Assembly: GCA_002269645.1 (NCBI GenBank)
Contig: NIVC01003466.1
Span: forward strand, 1-64,000
Source: Macrostomum lignano
Lineage: Eukaryota
Direction of reading: 5' to 3'
DNA length: 64,000 nucleotides
The translations under genes were made by a program, and so were the position numbers. The notes under the pieces are model-generated. The model was not told the DNA's origin. It did not search any database and was given only the letters and a program-made list of their open reading frames with translations. Every line of letters begins with the position of its first letter. The stretch's first letter is position 1. This document shows positions 1-11,030 of this stretch, one piece after another.

Positions 1-135
1 CGCACTTGCATCCGGTACACTGGCTGCCGCGCAGGACGGCCAATCCTGACCCACCGTTGTTGCCGACGACACGTCGATGATGAACAGCTGCAGCAGGACG
101 ACAAGAGACAAGCGACAACCGGCAGCTTCCATCAT
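1..135 (-). CDS. Possible first coding exon of a secreted/membrane protein running off the left edge
   Basis: ATG at 135 opens an uninterrupted frame to position 1: MMEAAGCRLSLVVLLQLFIIDVSSATTVGQDWPSCAAASVPDASA, with a signal-peptide-like hydrophobic core. It has no stop in the window, so it is absent from the ORF track. Confidence 0.4.
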   Translation of the reverse strand, partial: MMEAAGCRLSLVVLLQLFIIDVSSATTVGQDWPSCAAASVPDASA

Positions 136-713
136 TGGTGCGGTGAAGCCAAACAGTTCAAGGCTATGGACACTGGGCTTTAAGTATGGCTTGCTGCTTT
201 TTGATGAAAAATTTCAGCTCGATTTTATACGCTGTGAGCAGTTTGTCTGTTGCTGGGCAATTACTGGGCCGCGCGCACTTATTCAACTTCCGCTTTTGTC
301 CATAATCGAAAAGATAATGACACCCATGTGATTGCTTTCCCATCATGAAAGATTCTAGCAAAACTGTGACAAAAATTACGACGGAAGCTGCCTAATCAAG
401 GAGATCGTAGAAAAACAAAAACATCTGGAGTGAAAACTGAAAACCTAAAGCACTAATTTAAAATGCTATAAAATAGCCAAAAATTATATCCTTAGCTACA
501 TTTTAGGCGATAAAGAATGAAGGTTACTAAAAGCAATTTTTTGTAGTTGTGACTGGTCTATCATAAAAACTTGGTTTATTTTTAACATTGATGAATGGAT
601 TCAGTCCAACTGAAGTACGAGTTGAAGGACGCTCTACACTCGATTTTCTTAGAAATGAGCTTCTGGAGGCCGGTAAGTAATTTATATTTGTCGTATCGCT
701 AGTGCATTCAGTA

Positions 714-1049
714 GGGGTTGCAGCCTAGTGGTTGGAGCGCCAGACGATCACCATTGAAAGGTCGGGGGTTCGATTCTCAACCTACTCGGAACAATTTGTG
801 TCCTTGAACAAGACACTCAACTCTGCATTGCTTCAGTTCACCCAGCTGTAAAATGGGTGCCAGCATTAGCTGGGGTAATTGAGGGTGTGTGGCGACCCCC
901 CAGTCCTTGGACTGAACAGCCGTACGCAGCCTTCAGATGCACCGCGCAATAGCTGCGGCTGAGCTGTCGGTTGCACATCTGGCCATTAGGGCAGGTGTAA
1001 TCAATTATTATTATTATTATTATTAATAAGTAGTAGTAGTATTATTATT
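714..1049 (+). mobile_element. tRNA-derived SINE with CORE-like central domain and (ATT)n/(AGT)n tail
   Basis: A box GCAGCCTAGTGG (720-731) and B box GGTTCGATTC (767-776). 798-857 (GTGTCCTTGAACAAGACACTCAAC...CAGCTGTAAAATGGG) parallels the MIR CORE (GTGACCTTGGGCAAGTCACTTAAC...CATCTGTAAAATGGG). Simple-repeat tail at about 1005-1049. Confidence 0.75.
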
Positions 1050-1142
1050 GTGTTTCACGAGTTGCGAGCGTCCTTCTACTTCGACTGTCCGTATACACTG
1101 ACGTTTCAGTCATCTCCTATTTCTAACTGTCGCTCAGACCGT

Positions 1143-4100
1143 TCAAGATCCCGCTCGGAACAGCACCAGCCAGTAGGCCATGTTCACCGCCACGAACGAG
1201 ACAGGGAACAGGCACCTGGCGGCGCGGTCGATCTTCGACTCCGAGTTCGGTCCCGAGACACTCTCGGAGCTCGGCCAGCCGCCGCCGCCGCCGCCGCCGC
1301 CGCCGCTTCTGATTGGCGCGTATCTCCGGTCGCCGCGCAGACAGTCAGCGAACATCCGCAGGCAGGAGTTACCGTCGCCATGGACACCGCCCCGGCCGCC
1401 GTTGGCTGGGGTGGCATCGTCGATTCGTCGAGGAATCTCAACGTTGCCAGCCTTAGTGAAGTAGTTGACGCCCGCGTATTCCAGCAGGGCGGAGAACACG
1501 AAGAAGAAGCAGATGAGCAGGAAAATGTCCATGGCGGTGGCGTAGGGCACTTTTGGAAGGCCCATGCGGCCTGTGAGAGTGATTGTCACGCTGGTGAGCA
1601 GGGCTGTGATGCCTGTCAGTGAGTTCGTGAGTGAGTACATGAGTGAGTTTATGAGTGAGTTCATGACTGAGTTTATGACTGAGTTCATGAGTGAGTTTAT
1701 GAGTGAGTTCATGAGTGAGTTTATGACTGAGTTCATGAGTGAGTTTATGAGTGAGTTCATGAGTGAGTTCATGACTGAGTTTATGACTGAGTTCATGACT
1801 GAGTTTATGACTGAGTTCATGAGTGAGTTTATAAGTGACTTCATGAGTGACTTCATGAGTGAGTTCATGAGTGACTTCATGAGGGAGTTCATGAGGGAGT
1901 TCATGAGTGACTTCATGAGTGAGCCCATGAGTGAGTTCATGAGTGAGTTCATGACTGAGTTTATGACTGAGTTCATGACTGAGTTTATGACTGAGTTCAT
2001 GACTGAGTTCATGACTGAGTTTATGACTGAGTTTATGAGTGATTTTATGACTGAGTTTTTGAGTGAGTTTATGAGTGAGTTGATGACTGAGTTTATGACT
2101 GAGTTTATGAGTGAGTTTATGAGTGAGTTTATGAGTGAGTTTATGACTGAGTTTATGAGTGAGTTGATGATTGAGTTTATGACTGAGTTTATGACTGAGT
2201 TCATGACTGAGTTTATAAGACAGTTCATCACTGAGTTCATGATGGAGTCTCACCCAGAGTGACCCTGGCAGGCGTGGCCTCCCTGTTAATCCAGAAGCTA
2301 ACCCAGGACATGGCGACCGTCATGTACGACGGCAGGTATATCTGCAGCACATAGAAGCCGATCATGCGCTCCAGCGGGATGGTCATGCTGAGCATGTTGC
2401 GCACCTCTAGAAAGCAGAAGATCTATAATTATTTTTAGCAGAGAAAAACATTAAAAAAGGCTAAGCAGATAGACATCTTACCTTTTCCAACCAAGGCCTC
2501 GGAGTGGGAGAACTGCACCAGATCCGGCCTGAATAAGAACTGGGCCATTGCGGTCACTTCGAACCCCAGATTTTTATTACTGGAGTTCACTATGGTTGGC
2601 GGGATGCCGTATAGGTGAGAACTCAGCCTGGCCTCCTCCCACCAGAGGTAGACCAGGTTTCTTGAGTCGTAGGCGACTGTAAAGTAGTGAGATTGTGAGA
2701 TTGGCCATCATGTAGTGTGAATAGCCGTGAGAGCAGTGTGTGAACACCCATGAGAACAGTGTGTGAATACCAATGAGAACAGTGCGTGAACACCCGTGAA
2801 AAAAGTGCGTGAACACCCATGAGAACAGTGTGTGAATACCAATGAGAAAAGTGCGTGAACACCCATGAAAACAGTGTGTGAATACCCGTGAGAACAGTGC
2901 GTGAACACCCATGAAAACAGTGTGTGAATACCCGTGAAAAAAGTGCGTGAACACCCATGAAAACAGTGTGTGAATACCCGTGAAAAAAGTGCGTGAACAC
3001 CCATGAAAACAGTGTGTGAATACCCGTGAAAAAAGTGCGTGAACACCCATGAAAACAGTGTGTGAATACCCGTGAAAAAAGTGCGTGAACACCCATGAAA
3101 ACAGTGTGTGAATACCCGTGAGAAAAGTGCGTGAACACCCATGAAAACAGTGTGTGAATACCAATGAGAACAGTGCGTGAACACCCATGAAAAAAGTGTG
3201 TGAATACCCGTGAGAAAAGTGCGTGAACACCCATGAAAACAGTGTGTGAAGACCCATCACAATCTGAATGTCCTCAACCGCAACAGCTGCAACCTCACAG
3301 CTGCCAATCATGAGCAGGCAGGTCTGACTGTCCACCGGAAATCTTCGGAAGTCCATGTGACAGAGCGCCTTCACAGTCAGTCTGAAATGAAAAGCAGCAA
3401 TCCATAGACTCACAGAACACGTTGCCAGGATATTCAATAACAAACGAACCTCATCGAGAAGAACACGGTGCCGTCTGCTTGGATTCTCAGCAGCTTATTA
3501 GGCACGGTGATCTCGTGCAGTCTGGAGCCCTTGCCGTTGACAAAGTAGGTGTCGGGCCGCCAGATCCGGCGCAGGATGCTCACGCTCACCTTGATCTCCT
3601 TTTGGCGAGCGTCGGCCGGGTCGAAACGGAGGCGCTTGTCGATCCAGCACTGGCGAAAGTAGATCTCCATGGCGTACATCTGGGCGGGCGCAGGTCAGGG
3701 ACTTTCAGGATTTGTTGTCCCTGATACCTGATTAGTAGTCCGTGATCTCATCTTCAATATCACCTTTGATCTCATCCTCAATCTCACCTTTGATCTCATC
3801 TTCAATCTCAGCTTTGATCTTATCGTCAATCTCAACCTTGATCTCATCTTTAATCTCACCTTTGATCTCATCCTCAATCTCACCTTTGATCTCATCGTCA
3901 ATCTCACCTTTGATCTCATCCTCAATCTCACCTTTGATCTCATCCTCAATCTCACCTTTGATCTCATCGTCAATCTCACCTTTGATCTCATCCTCAATCT
4001 CAGCTTTGATCGCATCCTCAATCTCACCTTTGATCTCATCTTTAATCTCACCTTTGATCTTATCGTCAATCTCACCCTTGATCTCATCCTTAATCTCACC

Positions 4101-7100
4101 TTTGATCTCATCCTCAATCTCACCTTTGATCTCATCCTCAATCTCACCTTTGATCTCATCCTCAATCTCACCTTTGATCTCATCCTCAATCTCAGCTTTG
4201 ATCGCATCCTCAATCTCACCTTTGATCTCATCCTCAATCTCACCTTTGATCTCATCCTCAATCTCACCTTTGATCTCATCCTCAATCTCACCTTTGATCT
4301 CATCCTCAATCTCACCTTTGATCTCATCGTCAATCTCACCTTTGATCTCATCCTCAATCTCAGCTTTGATCGCATCCTCAATCTCACCTTTGATCTCATC
4401 CTCAATCTCACCTTTGATGTTATCGTCAATCTCACCCTTGATCTCATCCTTAATCTCACCTTTGATCTCATCCTCAATCTCACCTTTAATCTCATCCTCA
4501 ATCTCACCTTTGATCTCATCGTCAATCTCACCTTTGATCTCATCCTCAATCTCACCTTTGATCTCATCTTCAATCTCACCTTCGATCTCATCCTTAATCT
4601 CACCTTTGATCTTATCGTCAATCTCACCCTTGATCTCATCCTTAATCTCACCTTTGATCTCATCTTCAATCTCACCTTTGATCTCATCTTCAATCTCACC
4701 TTCGATCTCATCTTAATCTCAACCTTTAATCTCACCGTCAATCTCACCCAGAGTTATATTGCAATATTCTCAATCTTAACCTAAATCTTCTCTTCTGAGC
4801 TCTCATTCTGAATCTCGCATCATTTATCTTTCATATCAAACTTGGGATGAAAAATAAAAATAGACTCCAGCAAAGGTGACAAGGCCGAGCTCACCATTTG
4901 TTCCTCATCAATTGGGCCCAGATTCTTGATCAGCATGTTAACTGAGACGGCCACAGGATTGCTGTCTGCAATCGTTTTGTGCAACAAAATTTAGAACATA
5001 GAAACTACTGAACTTAGTAGCACGCTACGCAACTGACAACTATATGCTTAAATTCTGGAAAAAAATTTTGGCTCAGACTGCATCGGCCCTTTGTGACCTC
5101 AGCTTGAAACCAGATTTAATTAGCCTTGATACCCAGCTTGGCGTCCTCTGACACACAGTTCAGAACCCTCTGACACACAGTTCAGAACCCTCTGACACAC
5201 AGTTCAGAACCCTCTGACACACAGTTCAGAACCCTCTGACACACAGTTCAGAAGCCTCTGACACACAGTTCAGAACCCTCTGACACACAGTTCAGAACCC
5301 TCTGACACATAGTTGAGAACCCTCTGACACACAGTTCAGAACCCTCTGACACACAGTTCAGAACCCTCTGACACACAGTTCAGAACCCTCTGACACATAG
5401 TTGAGAACCCTCTGACACACAGTTCAAAACCCTCTGACACACAGTTCAGAACCCTCTGACACATAGTTGAGAACCCTCTGACACACAGTTCAAAACCCTC
5501 TGACACCCAGCTTGGCGCTTAATGCCATTCTGATTGGCGCCCCTTGGAGCCCTGGAGCCCATTCCAGAAATCCCCCAGGTTTAATCTGTCATACAGACAT
5601 CCAGGTGTAGCAGGTAAGGACCTGAACGCTTAAATTCTTTCTACTTGTGTCACTCGATTTGATAACTTTCCAACTGACTGCCTCGCAGTCCGCACCCAAG
5701 ATCGCGTGTGTGCCTGCCTTTGTAGCCTGTGTGCTGCTGTATTCTTTGTTTTAATCTTCTTTGAAATTGAAGTTGCGGGGAGATGTAGAATTATAGTCCA
5801 AAGGGAGCTGGGTGCAATTAAAGTACCACCCCCCCCGCTGTGACGAGGCAGACATCTCAAACATAGTTAGCAATCTGAGGCAGAAATGACAGAAAAGCAG
5901 TGCTGGGACAGAGTAACAAAAAGCAACTGCACTGGGTCTTGTTTGATTTGCTCGAATATTCATTTGAACGATTTTTCTGCTTACGAGGGATACTCTAAAA
6001 GTTTTGCAATTCGACTATTTAAAGTTAATTTTGGCAAACTTTTCTATTACAATCCTTCAAAGTAGGCTCCCCGGAACTGCAAACACTTGTGCGCTCGTCC
6101 GAGCCACTTGTTCATCAAGCCCTGCAAGTCTTCAATTGGGATGCCGTCAATCGTCTCCTTCGCCGCCTGCTCCAGCTCCTCGTCGGACTGAAACCTGCGC
6201 CCCCTAAGCGATTTTTTGATTTCTGGAAAGAGCCAGAAGTCGCAGGGGGCGAGGTCGGGTGAGTAGGGCGGGTGTGGTAGCGTTGAAATGCCCTCTTGGT
6301 CCAGGAACGCTCGAGTTGCAGCAGCCGTATGGGCGGGGGCGTTGTCATGGTGAAGTTTCCGCCCTCGCATTCCGTCCTTGGTGCCCTCTGGGTCACGCTG
6401 TCGATCACGACTGGCAAGCACTCTTCAGTGTACCATCGAGCAGTGACTGTAGCTTGACCCTCCAGCTTCTCCATCGCCACCACGCCTTGTGAGTCGAAGA
6501 AGATGGCAAACATCCGCTTGCCCTGGGACCGGGACCGCCTTGCTTTCAGGGGTCGTTGCCCACCTTCCGGCACCCACTCTGCACTGCTGCGCTTTGTCTC
6601 GACGTCAAAATGATAGAGAAACGTCTCATCACCAGTGATGACCTCAGAGCGGCGCTGATGGCTCCCATGCTCATATTGATCGATGAGAAACTGACAGAAC
6701 TCCATGCGGGCCTGTTTCTGAGCATCTGTCAGGATGTGGGGTATCCATCGGGCACAAAGCTTCCTGACTCTCAGGTGATCGTGTAGAATCGTATCGACCG
6801 CTGCCGATTCAATGCTGACATTCATAGCTAGCATGTCCGTGGTGATTCGCGGATCCTGATGAATCAGCTCCTGCACTGCAGCGATGTTTTCCTCCGTCAC
6901 TGCTTTCGGAGGTCTCCCGGGCCGGGGGTCGTCAGAAAAGCTGGTCCTGCTGGCCTGGAACTCGCGGTACCAGCGTGTAACCGTAGCATATGACGGCGCT
7001 TGAGCCTCCAATGTTGCTAGTAGCTCGGCATGAGTCTCAAGCGCCGTGAGCTTTCGCTTGTGGCAGTACCAAATTAGTAGCCGATTCTGCTCACGATTCA

Positions 7101-7905
7101 ATTCCATGGCTGCAGCTGTACAGTTAAGGGGTCTCTGACTTTGACTGGGGGCTGAGCAGGCGTATATGTATGAATTCACTTGAAAATTGAGGTGGGGACT
7201 ATGTACATGTTTATTGTACAGAGAGTTGGTTTTGAAGATTGTGCGACTTGCGCAAGTGGTTGAATTGCAAAACTTTTGGAGTATCTCGTATGTCACTTTA
7301 ACGGTTCGTATTTCTATCTGCTATAGTATTGTGCTCGATCTGCTCATAGTGCTTGATCTCATCATAATGTTTGATCTGCTTATAGTACTTGATCTGCTCA
7401 TAGTGTTTGACCTACTCATAGTTTTTTATCTGCTCATAGTAGTCTATCTGACTATTTTACTTATTATTCATTGTCTCATTCGCAATACCTGACTTCCTTA
7501 TCTGCTCATGGATATTTTTCATCAGCTGATTGCAATTTATCTGCTCATAGGACTTTACAAAAGTTCTGTGCTTGCCTTTTAAAGTCATCAAACTTCTTCT
7601 CATGCGCTCCCAGTCTCAGCTTTTTATGCAGCCAGCTACTCATAGTTGAGTAGTATAATTCGGTTATAAACTCCTCACCATCCACTTCACGCTCGCCTGT
7701 GGTGTTGTTCCACCGCATGTCCAGGCCGGGCCGCAGGTGGCTGTCGTAGCGAGCCCCGGCCAGGATCTGGTCCAGCACCCGGGACACGCGGACCAGGTGA
7801 GACGCGTTGCCTAGCAACGGCACCTGGTCGGCGTCCTCATTGCTGGAATTTGCGGCTGCGATTGAGACCAGGCAGCAGGTCAGCAGCGCGAGGCTGATGA
7901 GGAGC
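1143..7905 (-). CDS. Cys-loop ligand-gated channel subunit, GABA-A alpha/GRD-like (5' exon not located)
   Basis: Exons 7905-7679, 4965-4895, 3679-3450, 3381-3299, 2676-2482, 2406-2254 and 1612-1143, all GT-AG and phase-consistent (475 codons plus stop). Motifs: signal peptide, [22 protein letters not shown], Cys-loop [16 protein letters not shown]1 [23 protein letters not shown]2 [25 protein letters not shown]3 and M4. Confidence 0.92.
1616..2245. repeat. 12-bp minisatellite (ATGAGTGAGTTC / ATGACTGAGTTT) filling the last GABA-R intron
   Basis: About 52 units; source of the spurious MNSV/HELT/MSEF ORFs. Confidence 0.95.
2735..3250. repeat. 23-bp minisatellite arranged as a 46-bp dimer
   Basis: Alternating GAACACCCATGAAAACAGTGTGT and GAATACCCGTGAAAAAAGTGCGT in a GABA-R intron. 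Confidence 0.9.
3742..4745. repeat. 24-bp minisatellite (AATCTCACCTTTGATCTCATCCTC)
   Basis: About 41 units, intronic; source of the [15 protein letters not shown] ORFs. Confidence 0.95.
5145..5510. repeat. 22-bp minisatellite (CAGAACCCTCTGACACACAGTT)
   Basis: About 16 units in a GABA-R intron. Confidence 0.9.
5984..7288 (-). mobile_element. Full-length mariner (DD34D) transposon, 1305 bp, in a GABA-R intron
   Basis: TIRs CGAGGGATACTCTAAAAGTTTTGCAATTC (5984 onward) and its reverse complement ending at 7288 (2-nt deletion, 1 mismatch). TA duplication at 5982-5983 and 7289-7290. Confidence 0.93.
6047..7107 (-). pseudogene. Mariner transposase with one frameshift
   Basis: ATG at 7107 (MELNREQNR). 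HTH region, [14 protein letters not shown] and ITGDETF lie in one frame; HHDNAPAH and [10 protein letters not shown] (34 residues between the last two D) lie in another. The frame switches at about 6365-6400; stop at 6047. Confidence 0.9.
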
Positions 7906-8129
7906 CTTGGGAAGAAAATTAATTTTATTTTTCAATTTCAAGGTTTCAAATTTATTGAATTTCTGGAAAGGAATATTTAAAAATTGAAACTTTCGGATGG
8001 GGGATTTTATCGAAGTTAGAACTCTTGGGATTAAGAGTTTTAATTTTTCTGGATTGGGATTTTTTAGAATCAGGATTTTCGAGATTGAGAATGGTATTTC
8101 TTGGAATTGAGGTTTTTAGCAGTGGGATT

Positions 8130-8470
8130 TTTGAATATGGCATTTTTGGGATTTAGACTTTTGGGATTGGCATTTTTTGGGATTTAGACTTTTCGGATTG
8201 GCATTTTTGGGATTTATACTTTTGGGATTGGCATTTTTGGGATTTCGACTTTTCGGATTGGCATTTTTGGGATTTAGACTTTTCGGATTGGCATTTTTGG
8301 GATTTAGACTTTTCGGATTGGCATTTTTGGGATTTCGACTTTTGGGATCGACATTTTTGGATTTAGACCTTTGGGATTGGCATTTTTGGGATTTAGACTT
8401 TTCGGATTGGCATTTTTGGGATTTAGACTTTTCGGATTGGCATTTTTGGGATTTAGACTTTTGGGATTGG
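8130..8470. repeat. 30-bp minisatellite (GATTTAGACTTTTCGGATTGGCATTTTTGG)
   Basis: About 11 units with degenerate flanks over 7990-8700. Confidence 0.9.
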
Positions 8471-9330
8471 CATTTTTGGGATTTAGACTTTTGAGTTTTG
8501 AGTTTTTGACTTTTGACATTTTTGACTTTTTGTCTTTTGACTTTTTGAGTTTTCGGCACTGGAATTTTTAAGATTAGGATTTTTGGCATTTAGGTTTTTG
8601 TGAATGCGATTTTTGGGAATGCAATTTGACGGAATGGGATTTCTTGAGATTAGGAATTTTTCGATGGGAGATTTTTTTGCAATAGGGATTGTTGAAATGG
8701 AGATTTTATAATAGGATGCTTTGAAATGTGACACTAAAGATAGAGATAATGCATCAATTCTTGTACTTGATTTGATTGAATGCGCAGCACTTCAAGGTAG
8801 GTTGTACTTTATCAGAAATTTTAACAGGCAATTTGTAGGCCATTATGCTTTTGTGTCGAACTATGCTCTCTCTCTCTCCCTCAATGTTTCATCTTATTAA
8901 CTATGCATGAAGCTTCGTGCTTTGATATTTGATCGGCTGTTGGTTCAGCAAGCAGTCAAATAGCTGCACACATGCAGAGAGGCTTATAACGCGGATATTA
9001 AAAACTCTTTGATCGCAGTTAAGGACACTCCATCTGCTGCGTGACGCCCTGATCGTGACTGACTTGGCAGGGAACTGGATATTTCCATCGCTAGATCCGG
9101 TGGGATTTCCCACATGAGACTGACTGGCAGCTGTTAAAATTTATAAATATCGTACGAGTAAAGCAAAGATTTATCAATAGAAATAAAGTGGATTGCTAAT
9201 CTAGCTATCAAAAGGGGGGGGGTTTCTGCGCTTCTTCGCGGAAATAGGCCAGGGGGTTGTCCTGCGATTCACACCAGGGATAAGGGCTAATCCCCTAGGC
9301 ACAGCCTGTGCCTGAGTACGGTATTGGCGC

Positions 9331-9753
9331 GCTGGTGTGTGCTCGGGAGTCAGCGGGATGGGCAGAATGGCCTCAGCGCTGGTGTGTGCTCGGGAGTCAG
9401 CGGGATGGGCAGAATGGCCTCAGCGCTGGTGTGTGCTCGGGAGTCAGCGGGATGGGCAGAATGGCCTCAGCGCTGGTGTGTGCTCGGGAGTCAGCGGGAT
9501 GGGCAGAATGGCCTCAGCGCTGGTGTGTGCTCGGGAGTCAGCGGAATGGGCAGAATTGCCTCAGCGCTGGTGTGTGCTCGGGAGTCAGCGGGATGGGCAG
9601 AATGGCCTCAGCGCTGGTGTGTGCTCGGGAGTCAGCGGGATGGGCAGAATGGCCTCAGCGCTGGTGTGTGCTCAGGAGTCAGCGGGATGGGCAGAATGGC
9701 CTCAACGCTGGTGTGTGCTCAGGAGTCAGCAGGATGGGCAGAATGGCCTCAGC
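9331..9753 (+). repeat. 47-bp minisatellite, 9 units, SINE-derived
   Basis: Unit GCTGGTGTGTGCTCGGGAGTCAGCGGGATGGGCAGAATGGCCTCAGC; matches the SINE body at 47995-48030 and 53690-53725. Confidence 0.9.
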
Positions 9754-10599
9754 GGAATGGGCAGAACTGCGTGTTCGTGGGACGTCGTTTCAATTGTACA
9801 AATTTCCCCAGGAATCTCAGCACCATGCGCCCGAGTTGACTCCGCCTGCGGTGGTGGCGGTGGTGGTGGTCGGACTCGGGTACAATCAATTCGATTAGAA
9901 GTTCACCCAGCGATATCCTTGCTACTGACTGACACTGCGGATAGACGGATCCAGACAGATTAATTTGTCCGAGTGGAGGCGGCCCGCAGCCTCCCTCTCG
10001 GTAGCATAATTGGATGATGAAGCTTTGCTCGTTGGGGAGGCCCGCTAGACGAACGGAATCACACTTGAACGGCCGGCCCCTTTTTCTTTACGCACTTTAT
10101 CCGATTTTCAGTCGTTAAGATCCCGGATCCTGCAGGGCTCAGACAAATCATCCAGCGGTTCCTGTGTGTGTTTTTTGAGTCTGTTTTTTCTAGCGCTAAC
10201 GGCTAACGAATTCGCAGGAGATGCAAAGAACAGGCCGTGTCGTGGAGCCGCATAAGTTTACAAGCCAAGCTGGCGGTTGCTGTTCTGATGCGCAATTGCC
10301 AGCTAGGGTGAATGCCACGTGATAGTTGATAATTTGCCTGCATGATCAGCCCAGGTGTTTGGAGAGAGGGATTATAGAGAGGAATTAGCAATGGATTGCT
10401 AATCTATCTTCCTCATTCATGATGGATGGCTTATATAAGATAGATTGAAAAAAAAGTTTTTCTATAATTGATATAGTATAGAATGGATTGCTAATCTATT
10501 CAAATTTGAATATAATGAAAGAAGAATGAATTGATAATCTATCCTTTATAGATAAAGAAATAGAGTGGATTGCTAATCTATCCAGTATGGATAATGAAA

Positions 10600-11030
10600 T
10601 AGCGAGGATTGCTAATCTAGCCAACATGAATAGATTAAATGAATTGGATTGCTAATCTAGCCAACATGAATAGATTAAATGGATTGGATTGCTAATCTAG
10701 CCAACATGGATAGATTAAATGGATTGGATTGCTAATCTAGCCAACATGGATAGATTAAATGGATTGGATTGCTAATCTAGCCAACATGGATAGATTAAAT
10801 GGATTGGATTGCTAATCTAGCCAACATGGATAGATTAAATGGATTGGATTGCTAATCTAGCCAACATGGATAGATTAAATGGATTGGATTGCTAATCTAG
10901 CCAACATGAATAGATTAAATGGATTGGATTGCTAATCTAGCCAACATGAATAGATTAAATGAATTGGATTGCTAATCTAGCCAACATGGATAGATTAAAT
11001 GGATTGGATTGCTAATCTAGCCAACATTGG
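10600..11030. repeat. 40-bp minisatellite (GGATTGGATTGCTAATCTAGCCAACATGGATAGATTAAAT)
   Basis: About 10 units. The core GGATTGCTAATCTA also occurs singly near 9190, 10393, 10484 and 10567. Confidence 0.9.

Noticed and set aside
714-790. tRNA gene candidates here and at 47740-47810
   Set aside because: A and B boxes are present, but there is no closed cloverleaf and each continues into a SINE body.
1143-4747. Long ORFs MNSVMN (365 aa), [15 protein letters not shown] and ISSSISPL
   Set aside because: Translations of stop-free intronic minisatellites; only the parts matching GABA-R exons are coding.
7108-7296. N-terminal extension of the 393-aa transposase ORF
   Set aside because: It runs through the TIR and beyond the element; the real start is the ATG at 7107.
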